Source: an uncultured delta proteobacterium (GTDB lineage Bacteria > Desulfobacterota > Binatia > UBA9968). From it: a stretch of DNA of 64,000 nt. The number at the start of each line of letters is the position of its first letter. The stretch's first letter is position 1. The position numbers were made by a program, and so were the translations under genes. The notes under the pieces were generated by a model. That model had not been told where the DNA came from. It was given only the letters and a program-made list of their open reading frames with translations, and made no database searches. The stretch spans positions 96,001 through 160,000 of the forward strand of contig CAVUVW010000016.1 in assembly GCA_963745035.1 (NCBI GenBank), read 5' to 3'. Below, in pieces: positions 9,549 to 19,720 of this stretch.

Positions 9549-10661
9549 TCAGCCGCGGACGGCGTTACGCGCCCTGTCCGAACCTCGGTGCAAACCGCCA
9601 AGTATCTCTTCGTTGTGTTCTCCGAGCTTCGGCGCCGGGTTCATTCGATTTTCCAAAACGCTCGCGATAGCGCCGTGTGGAAAATTGATTTTGCCGAATT
9701 CTGGATGGTCCATCTCGCTCAAGAAACCGCGCTCGAGCAATTGCGGATCGCCGACTAGATCGAGTGGTGTCGACACCGGCGAAGCAGGAAAGTGCAGGCG
9801 CTGCGCCTGCTCGACCAATTCGTTCTTGGTAAAGCGCTTGGCCCAGTCGTCCAGGCGCTGCATGATGAAATCCCGGTGCTTATGCTGGTTCTCTTCCTCC
9901 GCCAAGGACGGATCGGCGCTAAGCTCGGGATCTCCCACCCACTCGACGAACTTCGACCAGCGGCCCGGCCGGTGGATTTGGCTGATCACCCAGTGGCCGT
10001 CCTTGCATGGCATGGCGCCGGATACGGCGGTGATCGCGCCGCGACTGCCGCGGCGCTTCGTGATCGTGCCGGAAAACCGGTACTCGACCATCGCCTGTTC
10101 GACGAAGGATGCGAGCGAATCGCGGACGGAGACGGTCGCAAGCAAACCACGCCCGGCAGTGTTCCGCACGAGCAGCGCCGCAGCCGTGGCAACGGCCGCG
10201 TAGATACCGACGGCGAGATAGGGAACATGACCGCCCAAGGTGACCGGAGCGCGGTCGGGATGACCGGTCAAAGACATGAGGCCGGAGCGCGCCACTGCGC
10301 AAAGCTCCGGCGCATCGTCGACGATCTTGGTCAGCACAAGTTTCGGATTGGCCTTTAAGCAGGTTTCTTCGTCGAAGGGCAGCGAATCGTTGCCTATGAA
10401 AACGTCGGCTTGAGCGAGCAAATCGAGGAAACGTGTACGATCATCCGCCTCATCGAGATCCAACGTGACACTCTTTTTGCCGGCATTGAGAAACTGGTGA
10501 TAGGCGCCATGCTCAAGATCCTGCTTACCCCGTAAAAACGGCGGCAGCCGTCTCACCTCATCGCCTTCGGGCAGCTCGACGCGGACAACCTCATGGCCCG
10601 CTTCGGCGAAAAGCCGTGCGGCGTACGCCCCGGAAAGCGAGGTCAGGTCGATCACCCGCAT
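9549..10661 (-). CDS. class III CoA-transferase (CaiB/BaiF), BbsE-like subunit
   Basis: RVIDLT..SGAYAARLFAEAGHEVVRVE, NAGKKSVTLDL, APKLGEHN; the catalytic Asp position reads Tyr. Confidence 0.85.
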   Translation of the reverse strand: MRVIDLTSLSGAYAARLFAEAGHEVVRVELPEGDEVRRLPPFLRGKQDLEHGAYHQFLNAGKKSVTLDLDEADDRTRFLDLLAQADVFIGNDSLPFDEETCLKANPKLVLTKIVDDAPELCAVARSGLMSLTGHPDRAPVTLGGHVPYLAVGIYAAVATAAALLVRNTAGRGLLATVSVRDSLASFVEQAMVEYRFSGTITKRRGSRGAITAVSGAMPCKDGHWVISQIHRPGRWSKFVEWVGDPELSADPSLAEEENQHKHRDFIMQRLDDWAKRFTKNELVEQAQRLHFPASPVSTPLDLVGDPQLLERGFLSEMDHPEFGKINFPHGAIASVLENRMNPAPKLGEHNEEILGGLHRGSDRARNAVRG

Positions 10662-10664
10662 GAT

Positions 10665-11210
10665 CTAACTCGCATCCTTTTTCTCAGCCGCGAACTTCTT
10701 GTCGGGAAACACAGCCAATGTGTGGCGCCGGCGCAAAACGATCTCTTGCTTGAAGTTGAGCACGTGTTCTTCCTGGCTGATGTAAATGCCCAGCCCTGCT
10801 TTCCCTTGCCGCGCAACGATATCGACGATGGTACTTTGGGTAGAAAGCTGCTCGCCGAGATACGCGGGCTGCACCCATTCGGTTTCAGAACCGGCGTTGC
10901 GCACGTTGGTGTATTCACTCGGCAGCGGCAGTTGCCGGCGCAGATCGGTCGGATCGGTATTCGCTCTTTCCGTCCCTTCCTTGAAGCTGAACGGCACCCA
11001 ACCGACCAGTGTCGGCGGCAGAATGCGGCCGCGATAACCTGCATTGCGCGCATAATCGTCGTCGAGCCACAACGGATTACTATCGCCGGTGGCGTCGACG
11101 TAGCGGCGCACGTCGGCGGCGCTGATCACTTCCAAATGGCCGCAGCGGTGTTTTTCGGCCGATCCAGCGCGCAACTCCGGTGTGATGATCGTTTCTATGG
11201 AATCTGTCAT
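10665..11210 (-). CDS. MaoC/FAS1-like dehydratase N-terminal domain protein
   Basis: VRRYVDATGDSNPLW.D..YA, PPT, NAGSETEW. Confidence 0.8.
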   Translation of the reverse strand: MTDSIETIITPELRAGSAEKHRCGHLEVISAADVRRYVDATGDSNPLWLDDDYARNAGYRGRILPPTLVGWVPFSFKEGTERANTDPTDLRRQLPLPSEYTNVRNAGSETEWVQPAYLGEQLSTQSTIVDIVARQGKAGLGIYISQEEHVLNFKQEIVLRRRHTLAVFPDKKFAAEKKDAS

Positions 11211-12418
11211 CTGAGAGCCTGATGTCGTTCGAGTTCTTCGATTTCTCCTGCGGAACAATCCAGCCACTCGCGCAGAACTTCGCGGCTGTGCTCGCCCAGG
11301 CCGGGCGCGCTGCGCGGAGCGGGCAGATCGACGAAGGACAAAGTGAACGGCAGCCTGGTCGTCAACATCGAGCCGACCCGAGGCTCGATCATATCTGCAA
11401 AGACCGCGGATGCGTCCGGCGAGTCGATGGCCTCGTCGATCCGGCGTACCCGCTCAGCCTGGATACCTGCCTCGCGCACGCGTTGTTCGACGTCTTCTTT
11501 TAGTAACTGCTTGGTCCAAGCTGAGATAGCTTCGTCGATCTCATCGTGGCGCTCCATGCGATCCGCGGCCGAAGCGAAGCGCGGATCGGCCGCCCAACTT
11601 GGCCGTCCGATGAGGCTAGCCAGTGCCTGCCATTGTCCGGCGTTCTCGACCGACAATGCGCACCAATTGTCGGTCCCGGCGCAAGGATAGACACCTTGCG
11701 GTGCGTATTGCTCGGAGCGGTTTCCCAGCCGGCTTGGGGCTGTCCCGTCCACGGCGCTCTTCAACAACAACGCGCCAATCATCGCCGCGCTGCATTCGAA
11801 CTGGCTGAGATCGATCCGCGTTCCATGGCCTGTTTCGCGCCGCTCATCGACGGCTTGAACAATCGCGAAACACGCGTGCAGGCCGCCGATGTAGTCATTC
11901 CATGAATTGGAGATCGCCGTCGGCGGATCGCCTTCAGCGCCTGAGACCATCATCAGGCCGCTGTAGCCTTGGAGATTCATGTTCATGCTAGTCCAGTCGC
12001 GACGCGGGCCGTCATGGCCGTAGCCGGACATGCTGATATAGATGAGTTTGGGATGAGCCGCGCTCAATCGCTCGTAGCCGAGTCCGAGCCGGTCCATCAC
12101 CCCGGCGCTGAAATTTTCGATGACGATATCCGCCGCCGCGGACAAGCGCGCCGCGATTCGTTGCCCGGCTTCGTTCTTCAAGTCGACCGCGACGGACCGT
12201 TTGCTGCGGTTGGTATTCAAGTACGAAGCATGGCGTTTATCCTCGCTGACAAAAGTCGAAGGCCAGGGATGATCCGGATGCTTGCTGCTTTCGATCCTTA
12301 CGACGTCTGCGCCGAGATCGGCGAGCAGGCGCGTGCAAAAAGGACCGGCGAGCACGTGAGTGAAATCCAGCACGCGAATACCGGCGAGCGGCGCAGGAAT
12401 GTTTTCGTCACCGGACAT
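11207..12418 (-). CDS. class III CoA-transferase (CaiB/BaiF), BbsF-like subunit
   Basis: LAGIRVLDFTHVLAGPFCTRLLADLGADV, ENFSAGVMDRLGLG, SWNDYIGG (catalytic Asp). Confidence 0.9.
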   Translation of the reverse strand: MSGDENIPAPLAGIRVLDFTHVLAGPFCTRLLADLGADVVRIESSKHPDHPWPSTFVSEDKRHASYLNTNRSKRSVAVDLKNEAGQRIAARLSAAADIVIENFSAGVMDRLGLGYERLSAAHPKLIYISMSGYGHDGPRRDWTSMNMNLQGYSGLMMVSGAEGDPPTAISNSWNDYIGGLHACFAIVQAVDERRETGHGTRIDLSQFECSAAMIGALLLKSAVDGTAPSRLGNRSEQYAPQGVYPCAGTDNWCALSVENAGQWQALASLIGRPSWAADPRFASAADRMERHDEIDEAISAWTKQLLKEDVEQRVREAGIQAERVRRIDEAIDSPDASAVFADMIEPRVGSMLTTRLPFTLSFVDLPAPRSAPGLGEHSREVLREWLDCSAGEIEELERHQALR

Positions 12419-12422
12419 GCTT

Positions 12423-13394
12423 TTACCGAAGGTTCAACTCTTTTTGTGCCTGCCCGAGCAGATCGCGGCTGGCCACTTGCGAAAGGGGAATTTCTTTTTT
12501 GACCGGGCCGCGATCGAGCTCGTATTGGATCAGGTCGCGCAAAGCCTGATCGCTCAAACTGCCGTCGGCGCTGTAGCACGGCAGATAGTTCTCGAAGGCC
12601 GCGCGCGTGGTGGCGGGATCCATGCGCAGCCACTTGGAAGCGATGGCGACGGATTCTTCCTGGTGCTCACGAATGAACTTGAGCGCTTCGATGCTGCCCT
12701 TGATCGTTCGCTTCACTTGATCGGGAGACTGCTTGAGCTTTCTGTCTGAGACAACGATTGCGTTTTGCGTCAGCGGCACATGGTCGCGGCTCCAGAGCAG
12801 AACTTTATAGCCCTTTTTGGCGCCGAAGATATCAAAGGGCGAAGAAAGAATGCTCGCTTCGATTTTTCCCGCGTCCATGGCCTGAAGTCGCGCCGCATTG
12901 TCGCCGGCTGGCAAGAGATTGACGTCTTTTCCCGGCTCCATGCCGGCGCGGCGAAACAACGTCACTGTCGTCAAGTAGGCTTGGCTGCCGAAGGTGCTGA
13001 TGCCGATGGTCTTGCCGCGCAGGTCGGTTAGTTTTTGGACGTTGGATTTGACGAGCAAAAGATAGCCGAGTTTGTCCTGTGTCGTCATGATCAGTTTGAT
13101 CGGCAGTCCCTTGATCGCGCCCGATATACCCGGACCCGTGCAAACCGCGTAGTCGAGGTCCTCGGAAAGAAGCGCGTTGGTGGCGATCGCGCAGGCGATC
13201 TGCACATGCTCGGTTGCAAGGCCCTGTTTGGCGTAGAAGCCCTTCCTCTCAGCGACGACTGTGGGCAAAAAGCCCAGCGATGCCGTTGAAATACCGATGC
13301 GGACCCGCTCTTGCGCACGGACGTTCGAGGCGAGCGAAACCCAAGACAAAACTCCGCACGCGAACAACAGCAAAAGAGCTTTTCGGAAGTTCAT
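12423..13394 (-). CDS. ABC substrate-binding protein, SsuA/NMT1 type
   Basis: Signal peptide, VAERKGFYAKQGL, DLRGKTIGISTFGS. Confidence 0.85.
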   Translation of the reverse strand: MNFRKALLLLFACGVLSWVSLASNVRAQERVRIGISTASLGFLPTVVAERKGFYAKQGLATEHVQIACAIATNALLSEDLDYAVCTGPGISGAIKGLPIKLIMTTQDKLGYLLLVKSNVQKLTDLRGKTIGISTFGSQAYLTTVTLFRRAGMEPGKDVNLLPAGDNAARLQAMDAGKIEASILSSPFDIFGAKKGYKVLLWSRDHVPLTQNAIVVSDRKLKQSPDQVKRTIKGSIEALKFIREHQEESVAIASKWLRMDPATTRAAFENYLPCYSADGSLSDQALRDLIQYELDRGPVKKEIPLSQVASRDLLGQAQKELNLR

Positions 13395-13415
13395 AATGGT
13401 TGTCTCTGCCGGAAT

Positions 13416-14499
13416 CTATTTCGCCACTTTTGCAAAGAAACCTTCGTTGTCGAGTTCTTTAATGAGAGAGGCGTCAAAGAAATCCGTGGCTTTCATGCCC
13501 TCCAGCTTGGGTGTCGTCTCGCGTAGGTCTTCGATGCTCGCCTGGATCGAATCCTCGCGCGGATAGGGTTTGGCGGGAATGGCTTCCATAAATTGCACCC
13601 GATAGGTGAAGTCCAACAGCTTCGGATTATCGACGCGCATGTACTTGCGGAAACACTTGATAGGCGAGCTCGCGGTTTCTCCTGCCGGCGGCAATCGCTT
13701 CGCCATATGCCATGAAAAACGCTTTGAGGCGCGGACGCAGCTCCTTCAAATTCTGTCGCGTGGTATTAAGCTCACTGCCCGGGGCCGGCACACCGAAGTC
13801 CTTGGGCTCGCCCAAGACCGAGATCTTCTGGCCACCCAGTTCGGAGAACTGAAAAATCTTATCGGCCTCGCCGATGGTTGCGTCGATCTTTCCTTGAAAC
13901 ATCAGTTGTATGCGTTTGTCCGACTCGCTGACGCCGGTCGGTATCAGCGACACATCTTTGCCCAACGTCAATCCGAGTTTCGCGAGAATCCGGCGCAGCA
14001 GAAAATCGGTGCCGGCGCCGATCCGGCTGCTGCCGACGGTTTTTCCTCTGAGCTCCGCCGGCGTTTTTATCGACGGCACCGCAATCAGTTGATAGGGGAG
14101 AATGCCGTTGGTGGAAACAGTGACTACCGGAGCCCCGCGCGCGCCTGCGCCGACCACGCCCGAGCTCGAATCGGTGGTGAGATGCACGTTGCCGGCAAGC
14201 AGTGCCGTGAGTGAAACGCTGCCTGCGGCGATACTGACGAGCTTCACGTCCAGGCCATATTTTTCGTAGAGCCCGGTTTCCTTGGCTATCCAAAGCGGCG
14301 CCCGATTGCCGGTGGTCGAGCTGTACGAAACGATCAGCGGCTCGAGTTTCTTTTCTTGGGCGATGCTTAGACCGCCGCTTGGAGCCAGAGTGGCCCAAAA
14401 GACGAGCACGAGGGCAAATGCTATCACAGCCAATCTCCCCGATGAGCGCGAGATCCGAACCTTTGCCATAAATAGGCTATTTGGTTTGCGCAGTCCCAT
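13416..14499 (-). CDS. ABC substrate-binding protein, SsuA/NMT1 type (frameshift near 13650)
   Basis: ORF 13627..14568 (APLWIAKETGLYEKYGL) continues in ORF 13416..13706 (FRKYMRVD...EGFFAKVAK). Close paralog of 26660..27856; start uncertain (14499 or 14469). Confidence 0.8.
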
Positions 14500-14676
14500 C
14501 GCGATCGTGTTGCTGCGCAAGATATGAGAGCGGGAGCTGGGCGCGCTATTGGACGGCCGGCTGCTCAAGCAGTGGCGCCGCCCGTCTTCCTTCGAAATGA
14601 TGGCACAAGCGTAGCCGCAGCCATTCCGCCGGCCTGAGTCCGTCCACCCGGCGGACGTTGTACCTGAATCCCACGA

Positions 14677-15735
14677 TTATTTACGCACCGTCATCCAATC
14701 ATCCGGCTTCGCCGTCTTTTTCAGCGATTCGGCGAGCTCTTTGAGGTACTCGTCCTGCTCCTTGGGCGTGTAGAGAGCCAGAGAACCGTCGGCGTTCTTC
14801 GGTATGCCGCCGATAAAGTGAAAGGCGTGGCCGTCCCAATCGTAAAACTCGTCGCCGCGTTGATAGATCTCTTTCCATTTGTAGCCGACCGGGCTGCGGT
14901 GCAAACCGGTGCGCGCCGGAAAGTTGTCTTCCTTGTCTCGGGAGTCGTTGAGATGTTCTTTGGCCCCGGCTTCTTCCGGAAGCCCTTCCCACATGCGGCG
15001 GTAGTTGGGGAAGAATTCCTCGTCGCGCACCGTGAAAGCGGTGTGCATGTCCCACCACGGACTATGGCCGGCGATGCGTTCGTCGAGCTGATCGACGAGT
15101 TTGTAGATGAGCCGAGCGCCCCCGCGCATGCGCAGCACCAGTGTCCCCTCGGCGGTCTGAGCATTGCGCTCCATTTCCATGCCGCAATATTTCTCGAAGA
15201 AATCCGCGGTTCTCGCCAGGTCGCGCGAACCATAAACGCAATGGCTGATGCGGCCGACGTTTTCCGACGTGCGCACTTCCATCGCGCCTGCCGGCATATT
15301 GACCGGCGCCCAGAACTCATATTGATTGCCGTCCGGATCGGCGAAGCAAACCACTGTGCCTTCCTCGCCATCCGCGGCTGTTTTCATAGGACCCGTATGC
15401 GGGATCTTGTGCTCGTCGAGCCGCCGCAGGTGGCGATCGATGTCCTCGGGTCTGACATAAAAACCGCAGCGCGGCAGGTCCTTGCCCAGTTCTTTCGCCG
15501 ACGGGTAATTCTCCGGCTGAAGGAACGCGCCGATGCGGCAGGACTCGTCGTCCCACCACATGAAACAAAAAATCGGCGTATTCTTTTTACGCATATTGGT
15601 GGTGAGACCATTGATCGGCCGGATCGGCAAACCGGTGGCATGGTTCGCCCAGTAACTCCAGGCGGGTAAATTGTTGGTACCGACAACATGGTGGTCGATC
15701 CAGTGTACGGCCCCTTTGGGTTCAACGCTCTTCAT
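14677..15735 (-). CDS. VOC/glyoxalase-superfamily protein, two domains plus C-terminal extension
   Basis: WIDHHVV, FADPDGNQYEF, RISHCVY, HTAF, YDWDGHAFHF. Confidence 0.7.
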   Translation of the reverse strand: MKSVEPKGAVHWIDHHVVGTNNLPAWSYWANHATGLPIRPINGLTTNMRKKNTPIFCFMWWDDESCRIGAFLQPENYPSAKELGKDLPRCGFYVRPEDIDRHLRRLDEHKIPHTGPMKTAADGEEGTVVCFADPDGNQYEFWAPVNMPAGAMEVRTSENVGRISHCVYGSRDLARTADFFEKYCGMEMERNAQTAEGTLVLRMRGGARLIYKLVDQLDERIAGHSPWWDMHTAFTVRDEEFFPNYRRMWEGLPEEAGAKEHLNDSRDKEDNFPARTGLHRSPVGYKWKEIYQRGDEFYDWDGHAFHFIGGIPKNADGSLALYTPKEQDEYLKELAESLKKTAKPDDWMTVRK

Positions 15736-15903
15736 AGAAATCCTCCTCCAATCGGTGCTTCAACCGATGTGCGAGCGGTACCAAAGAGGGCAATGGGTGT
15801 CAAGCACGAGCCGTAAGGATCGTCGCTCTCTTTTGTTGCCGGCGCAGAAATGAAATAACCAGTGTGCGCCGCGGCGTTACGATCAAGATCTTTGGAGTTG
15901 AGC

Positions 15904-16989
15904 ATGGCGATGTATGACGGCGAAGTCGGCTTGCAGTTCACTACGCATCTGGCCAAGCGTTATTCGGTGCCGCAGTGGGTCGAGCTCGCGGAGTTTGCCC
16001 GTGAGCGTGGCTTTGCGCAGCTCTGGATCAACGACAATCTCGGTCACCGCAATATTTTCGTGATTCTAACCGCTATCGCCGCGCGGGTGCCGATCAAGCT
16101 CGGCACGGCGATTTTTGTGCCGTATTTCCGAAATCCGATCGACGCAGCGGACGCGTTCGCATCAGTGTCCGAGCTCATGGACGGCCGCGAGATCAGTGTC
16201 GGCATCGCGCGCGGCGACTACGCGCAGGCCGGCAACCAAATCCATCTGGTCAAGCCGATCGCCATGGTGAGAGAAACGGTTGAATGCCTGACAAGATTAT
16301 TTCAGGGAGAGACGGTTTGCTACGGCGACTATCCGGCGCTGTCGGCCTACTTCAATCTCCGTCCCCAATCGAGAATACAGCTCGGCATGCAACCGCAATC
16401 GCCGATTCGATTTTACTGCGGCGGCAACGGACCAAAGATCATGGAAATCGCCGGGCGCGTCATGGACGGGATTCTCATCGGCGGTTTTTTCATTCCGCTG
16501 GTGCGCAGCGGCAAATTGGCCGGGCTGCTGGAGCAAACCGAGCGCGGACGAGTCGCCGCGGGCAGGCGAAGCCCTCTGCGCAAAGTCTGCGAAATCAATA
16601 TTTCGGTTTCCCAGGACTACGAAAAGGCGCGGGCCTTTCCGAAGCGATATATCGCGCACATGCTGGTGGTGCTCGAAGCCATGGGTTTCTCAGCAGAGGA
16701 GTTTGCCGTTTTGGGAATCGAGCGCGAAACCGTCCTGCGCATCAAAAACGCCTTTGAAGCGGGCGGGACGATCGAAGACGTCGCGGCGTTGATCACCGAT
16801 CAAATGGTCGATGCCGGATTCATCGCCGGCACGCCGCGCGACTGCGCCACCGCGCTCGAAGAGATGTGCGCTCGCGCGCAGGAATTCGGCTTCGATCAGA
16901 TTTGCCTGGCCAAGCTTGGTCCGGATTACGAAGAGGCGATCACGCTGCTGTCGCGCGATCTGCTGCCGGGGATTGTCCGCGATATCTAG
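15904..16989 (+). CDS. LLM-class (luciferase-like) flavin/F420-dependent oxidoreductase
   Basis: AEFARERGFAQLW, IKLGTAIFVPYFRNP, GGNGPKIMEIAGRVMDG. Confidence 0.85.
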   Translation: MAMYDGEVGLQFTTHLAKRYSVPQWVELAEFARERGFAQLWINDNLGHRNIFVILTAIAARVPIKLGTAIFVPYFRNPIDAADAFASVSELMDGREISVGIARGDYAQAGNQIHLVKPIAMVRETVECLTRLFQGETVCYGDYPALSAYFNLRPQSRIQLGMQPQSPIRFYCGGNGPKIMEIAGRVMDGILIGGFFIPLVRSGKLAGLLEQTERGRVAAGRRSPLRKVCEINISVSQDYEKARAFPKRYIAHMLVVLEAMGFSAEEFAVLGIERETVLRIKNAFEAGGTIEDVAALITDQMVDAGFIAGTPRDCATALEEMCARAQEFGFDQICLAKLGPDYEEAITLLSRDLLPGIVRDI

Positions 16990-17052
16990 TGCCCCATAGC
17001 AAAAAGAAAAAGACCTTTCACCACGAAGGGCCGAAGGACACGAAGGGGTCGA

Positions 17053-17083
17053 TGTGGAGGCGGGTTTGAAATCAGCTTCGACA
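17053..17083. repeat. degenerate GTAG-type REP
   Basis: tgtggaggcgggtttgaaatcagcttcgaca, similar to 18439-18469. Confidence 0.45.
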
Positions 17084-17164
17084 AAAAATTGGTGCTCTTC
17101 GTGAACTCCTTCGAAAGTACGGGTGCGGATTGGTAGCGTCTGGCGGAATAGCGGTTGGGGGTCC

Positions 17165-17240
17165 GTCATACCCGCGAAAGCGGGTATCTAGGCTAATCCG
17201 GCGAGAACCAAACCTGGATTCCCGCGTGCGCGGGAATGAC
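17165..17240. repeat. inverted pair of GTCATTCCCGC-type palindromic REPs
   Basis: gtcatacccgcgaaagcgggtatctagg ... cctggattcccgcgtgcgcgggaatgac. Confidence 0.75.
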
Positions 17241-17373
17241 TACCGAAGCAAAATCGTACCTACTTTCATTATCTGTGGGCGTGCGTAAGCTATGAATCAC
17301 TCCGTAGTCGGATGGAATTATCGGTACAGGTGTCATTCCCGAATACGATGAGCACAAGTTCAGAGGAGATGAA

Positions 17374-18342
17374 ATGACGAAGATGAATGCGCGGATGATG
17401 CGCACCAAGATGGCGCTGGAAGTCGCCGCGGAGCTTTATACCCGGCGCATGTTCAGCATGGGAAATGTGGCGACGGTCGCGATTCAACCCAGCTCGCGGG
17501 AGGAACAGTTTCCGGGCGTGACCATGGGCATCAACGGTGATCTCATGGGCGGTATGAAAGCGCCTCTCGAAGTCGGCAAGAGGCGGGTCGATGTTGCCTT
17601 CATCAATCCCTCGGCGATCGTGACGATGGCCTACCGCGGCAAGGGATTTTACCGAGAGAAGCTGCCGCTCAGAGCGCTGGCCTCGTTCCCATCCTGGGAC
17701 AAAATGGTTTTCGCCGTCGCCAAGAAACTTCAGGTTAAGTCGCTCCGCGACATCGCCGAGAGAAAAATTCCCCTGAAAGTCTCCACCCGTTCCTCCGGCG
17801 TTTACAACACGACGGCGTACACCGTCGAAAAGATTCTTTCCCTGTACGGCTTGTCCTTTGCCAAGATCAAGCGTTGGGGCGGACGCGTGCACGAATCGCC
17901 ACGCCCGACCTCCCCTGAGAGACTCCAAGGCATTCGCAGCGGCAAGGTAAACGCGGTGTTCGATGAAGGCATCCACAATTGGCTGGAGGAGGCACTCGAG
18001 TACGACTTCGACGTGTTGCCGCTGGAACCGTCGATGATCAAGTCTTTGGAAGCGCTCGGCTATCGACGATCGGTCCTTCCCGCCTCAAAGTTTGAGAAAC
18101 TTCCGAGGGACGTCGAGACGATCGACTTCAGCGGCTGGCCGCTGATCACCCATCGCTGGCTCGATAGCAATCTGGCCTATGCGATTTGTGAGGCAATCGA
18201 TGCGCGGCAAAACGTCATCCCGGTGGACGACGACAAGCCGCTGGATATGAGGCCGTTGTGCCGGGCGACGGAATCGGCGCCACTCGATATTCCGCTGCAT
18301 CCCGGCGCGAAGAGATACTATGAAGAGAAGGAATATTTGTAG
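17374..18342 (+). CDS. TAXI-family TRAP solute-binding protein (no evident signal peptide)
   Basis: LRALASFP, VKSLRDI, LAYAICEAI, C-terminal IPLHPGAKRYYEEK; RBS GAGGAG. Confidence 0.8.
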   Translation: MTKMNARMMRTKMALEVAAELYTRRMFSMGNVATVAIQPSSREEQFPGVTMGINGDLMGGMKAPLEVGKRRVDVAFINPSAIVTMAYRGKGFYREKLPLRALASFPSWDKMVFAVAKKLQVKSLRDIAERKIPLKVSTRSSGVYNTTAYTVEKILSLYGLSFAKIKRWGGRVHESPRPTSPERLQGIRSGKVNAVFDEGIHNWLEEALEYDFDVLPLEPSMIKSLEALGYRRSVLPASKFEKLPRDVETIDFSGWPLITHRWLDSNLAYAICEAIDARQNVIPVDDDKPLDMRPLCRATESAPLDIPLHPGAKRYYEEKEYL

Positions 18343-18438
18343 CGGAAGCGATTCACTGAACGTGCGCGCGATGTTGTCATGATGAATCAGGTTCGCGGCT
18401 GAGCTGGCGTGAGAGCGGCAAGGACAGGAAAGGGTTTG

Positions 18439-18469
18439 TGTAGGGGCGGGTTTGAAATCCGCCCCTACA
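18439..18469. repeat. GTAG-type REP palindrome, possibly acting as a bidirectional terminator
   Basis: tgtaggggcgggtttgaaatccgcccctaca, a near-perfect palindrome between convergent genes. Confidence 0.7.
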
Positions 18470-18500
18470 AAGAAGTTCGCGGTTGGAATGACCCATAACG

Positions 18501-19622
18501 TTACATCGCGTAGTACGAGACGCAGTTATCCCAAAGAATTTTCCGCTTGTCGGTTTCGGACAGCGGCAGCCGGAGAAAATGGTTCACCGCTTCGGGATAG
18601 CGCGAATCGACGTGCGGGTAGTCGGTGGAAAAAACCAGATTTGCGTTGCCGACCTGCGTGATCACGTTGTTGGCGATGACTTCATCGGGCTCGATCGAAA
18701 CGACGCAGTGTCGTTTGAAGTATTCGCTGGGCTTCATTTTGAGATCGGGCGCGAAGACGTCGCCGTCGAGCTCCCAGGCCTCATCGAGCCGCCAGAGCAG
18801 CCACGGCAGCCAACTGCAATTCGCTTCCAAAAATGCGACGCGTAGCTTTGGATGGCGCGCGAACACGCCGCCGGCGCAGAAGCAGCCAAGCGCGAGCATC
18901 TGCTCGAACGGCTGGGCGTACACCCGGCGCAGCATGAAGTTGGGCTCGAGGCGCTCGCCGATCTGATTCTTGCCGGTGCCCGTCGATTCATGAAATCCAA
19001 GGGAAAGATTGAGCGCCTCCAAGGCGTCCCACAGCGGGTCGTAATATTCGCTTTGCCACTGGTGATCGACTAACGGATTGGCGCGCAAAAACACGGCGCG
19101 GAAGCCGAGATCTTCGGCGCAGCGGCGCGCCTCGCTCACGGCGTCGTCCATGCTGTAGGGCGAGATCATACCCGCGCCGATGAGCCGTTTCGGATCTCGA
19201 CGGCAAAAATCGTACATCCAATCGTTGTAAGCGCGCGCCATCGCCGCGGCGAACTCGGTATCCAAGCGCTCGTCTACCAGCGCGCGCAAGCCCCGCGTTG
19301 GGTAGAGGACGGCGACATCGATGCCCTCGATATCCATCGCTTCGAGTTGAACTTCCGAGGTCCAGCCGCGCGCCGCGTCCTTGCCGAAGATATCCTGCTT
19401 TTCTTCGAAGTTTTTGCCCCGCGCCGTGTTGTTCTGCGGCGTGGATTTGCGCGCCCATTCGGTGCCGTCGGGATGAGCGAGACGAAGATCGCGCACATTC
19501 TTGCTGGTGATGCCGCGCGGCGCCCGCGATTTGAATCTCGCGTCGATGTACTTTTCCCAAAGGTCGGGCGGCTCCATGATATGCATGTCGCTATCGATGA
19601 TTTTGAAACCATTTTTTGCCAT
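18501..19622 (-). CDS. amidohydrolase family protein
   Basis: IIDSDMHIMEP, MDIEGIDVAVLYPT, FHE, FLEAN, FSTDYPH. Confidence 0.9.
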   Translation of the reverse strand: MAKNGFKIIDSDMHIMEPPDLWEKYIDARFKSRAPRGITSKNVRDLRLAHPDGTEWARKSTPQNNTARGKNFEEKQDIFGKDAARGWTSEVQLEAMDIEGIDVAVLYPTRGLRALVDERLDTEFAAAMARAYNDWMYDFCRRDPKRLIGAGMISPYSMDDAVSEARRCAEDLGFRAVFLRANPLVDHQWQSEYYDPLWDALEALNLSLGFHESTGTGKNQIGERLEPNFMLRRVYAQPFEQMLALGCFCAGGVFARHPKLRVAFLEANCSWLPWLLWRLDEAWELDGDVFAPDLKMKPSEYFKRHCVVSIEPDEVIANNVITQVGNANLVFSTDYPHVDSRYPEAVNHFLRLPLSETDKRKILWDNCVSYYAM

Positions 19623-19649
19623 TGCTCATTTCTCCGAAGTGTAAATGTT

Positions 19650-19719
19650 AGTCCCGAGTCTTCAGCGTCTAGAGTCTCGAGTTTTGATAACCCGAGACGC
19701 GAGACTCTAAACTCCAGAC
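19650..19719. repeat. inverted 7-bp-period repeat array (GTCTCGA-like)
   Basis: gtcccga gtcttca gcgtcta gagtctcga ... cccgaga cgcgaga ctctaaa ctccaga. Confidence 0.55.
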
Positions 19720-19720
19720 A

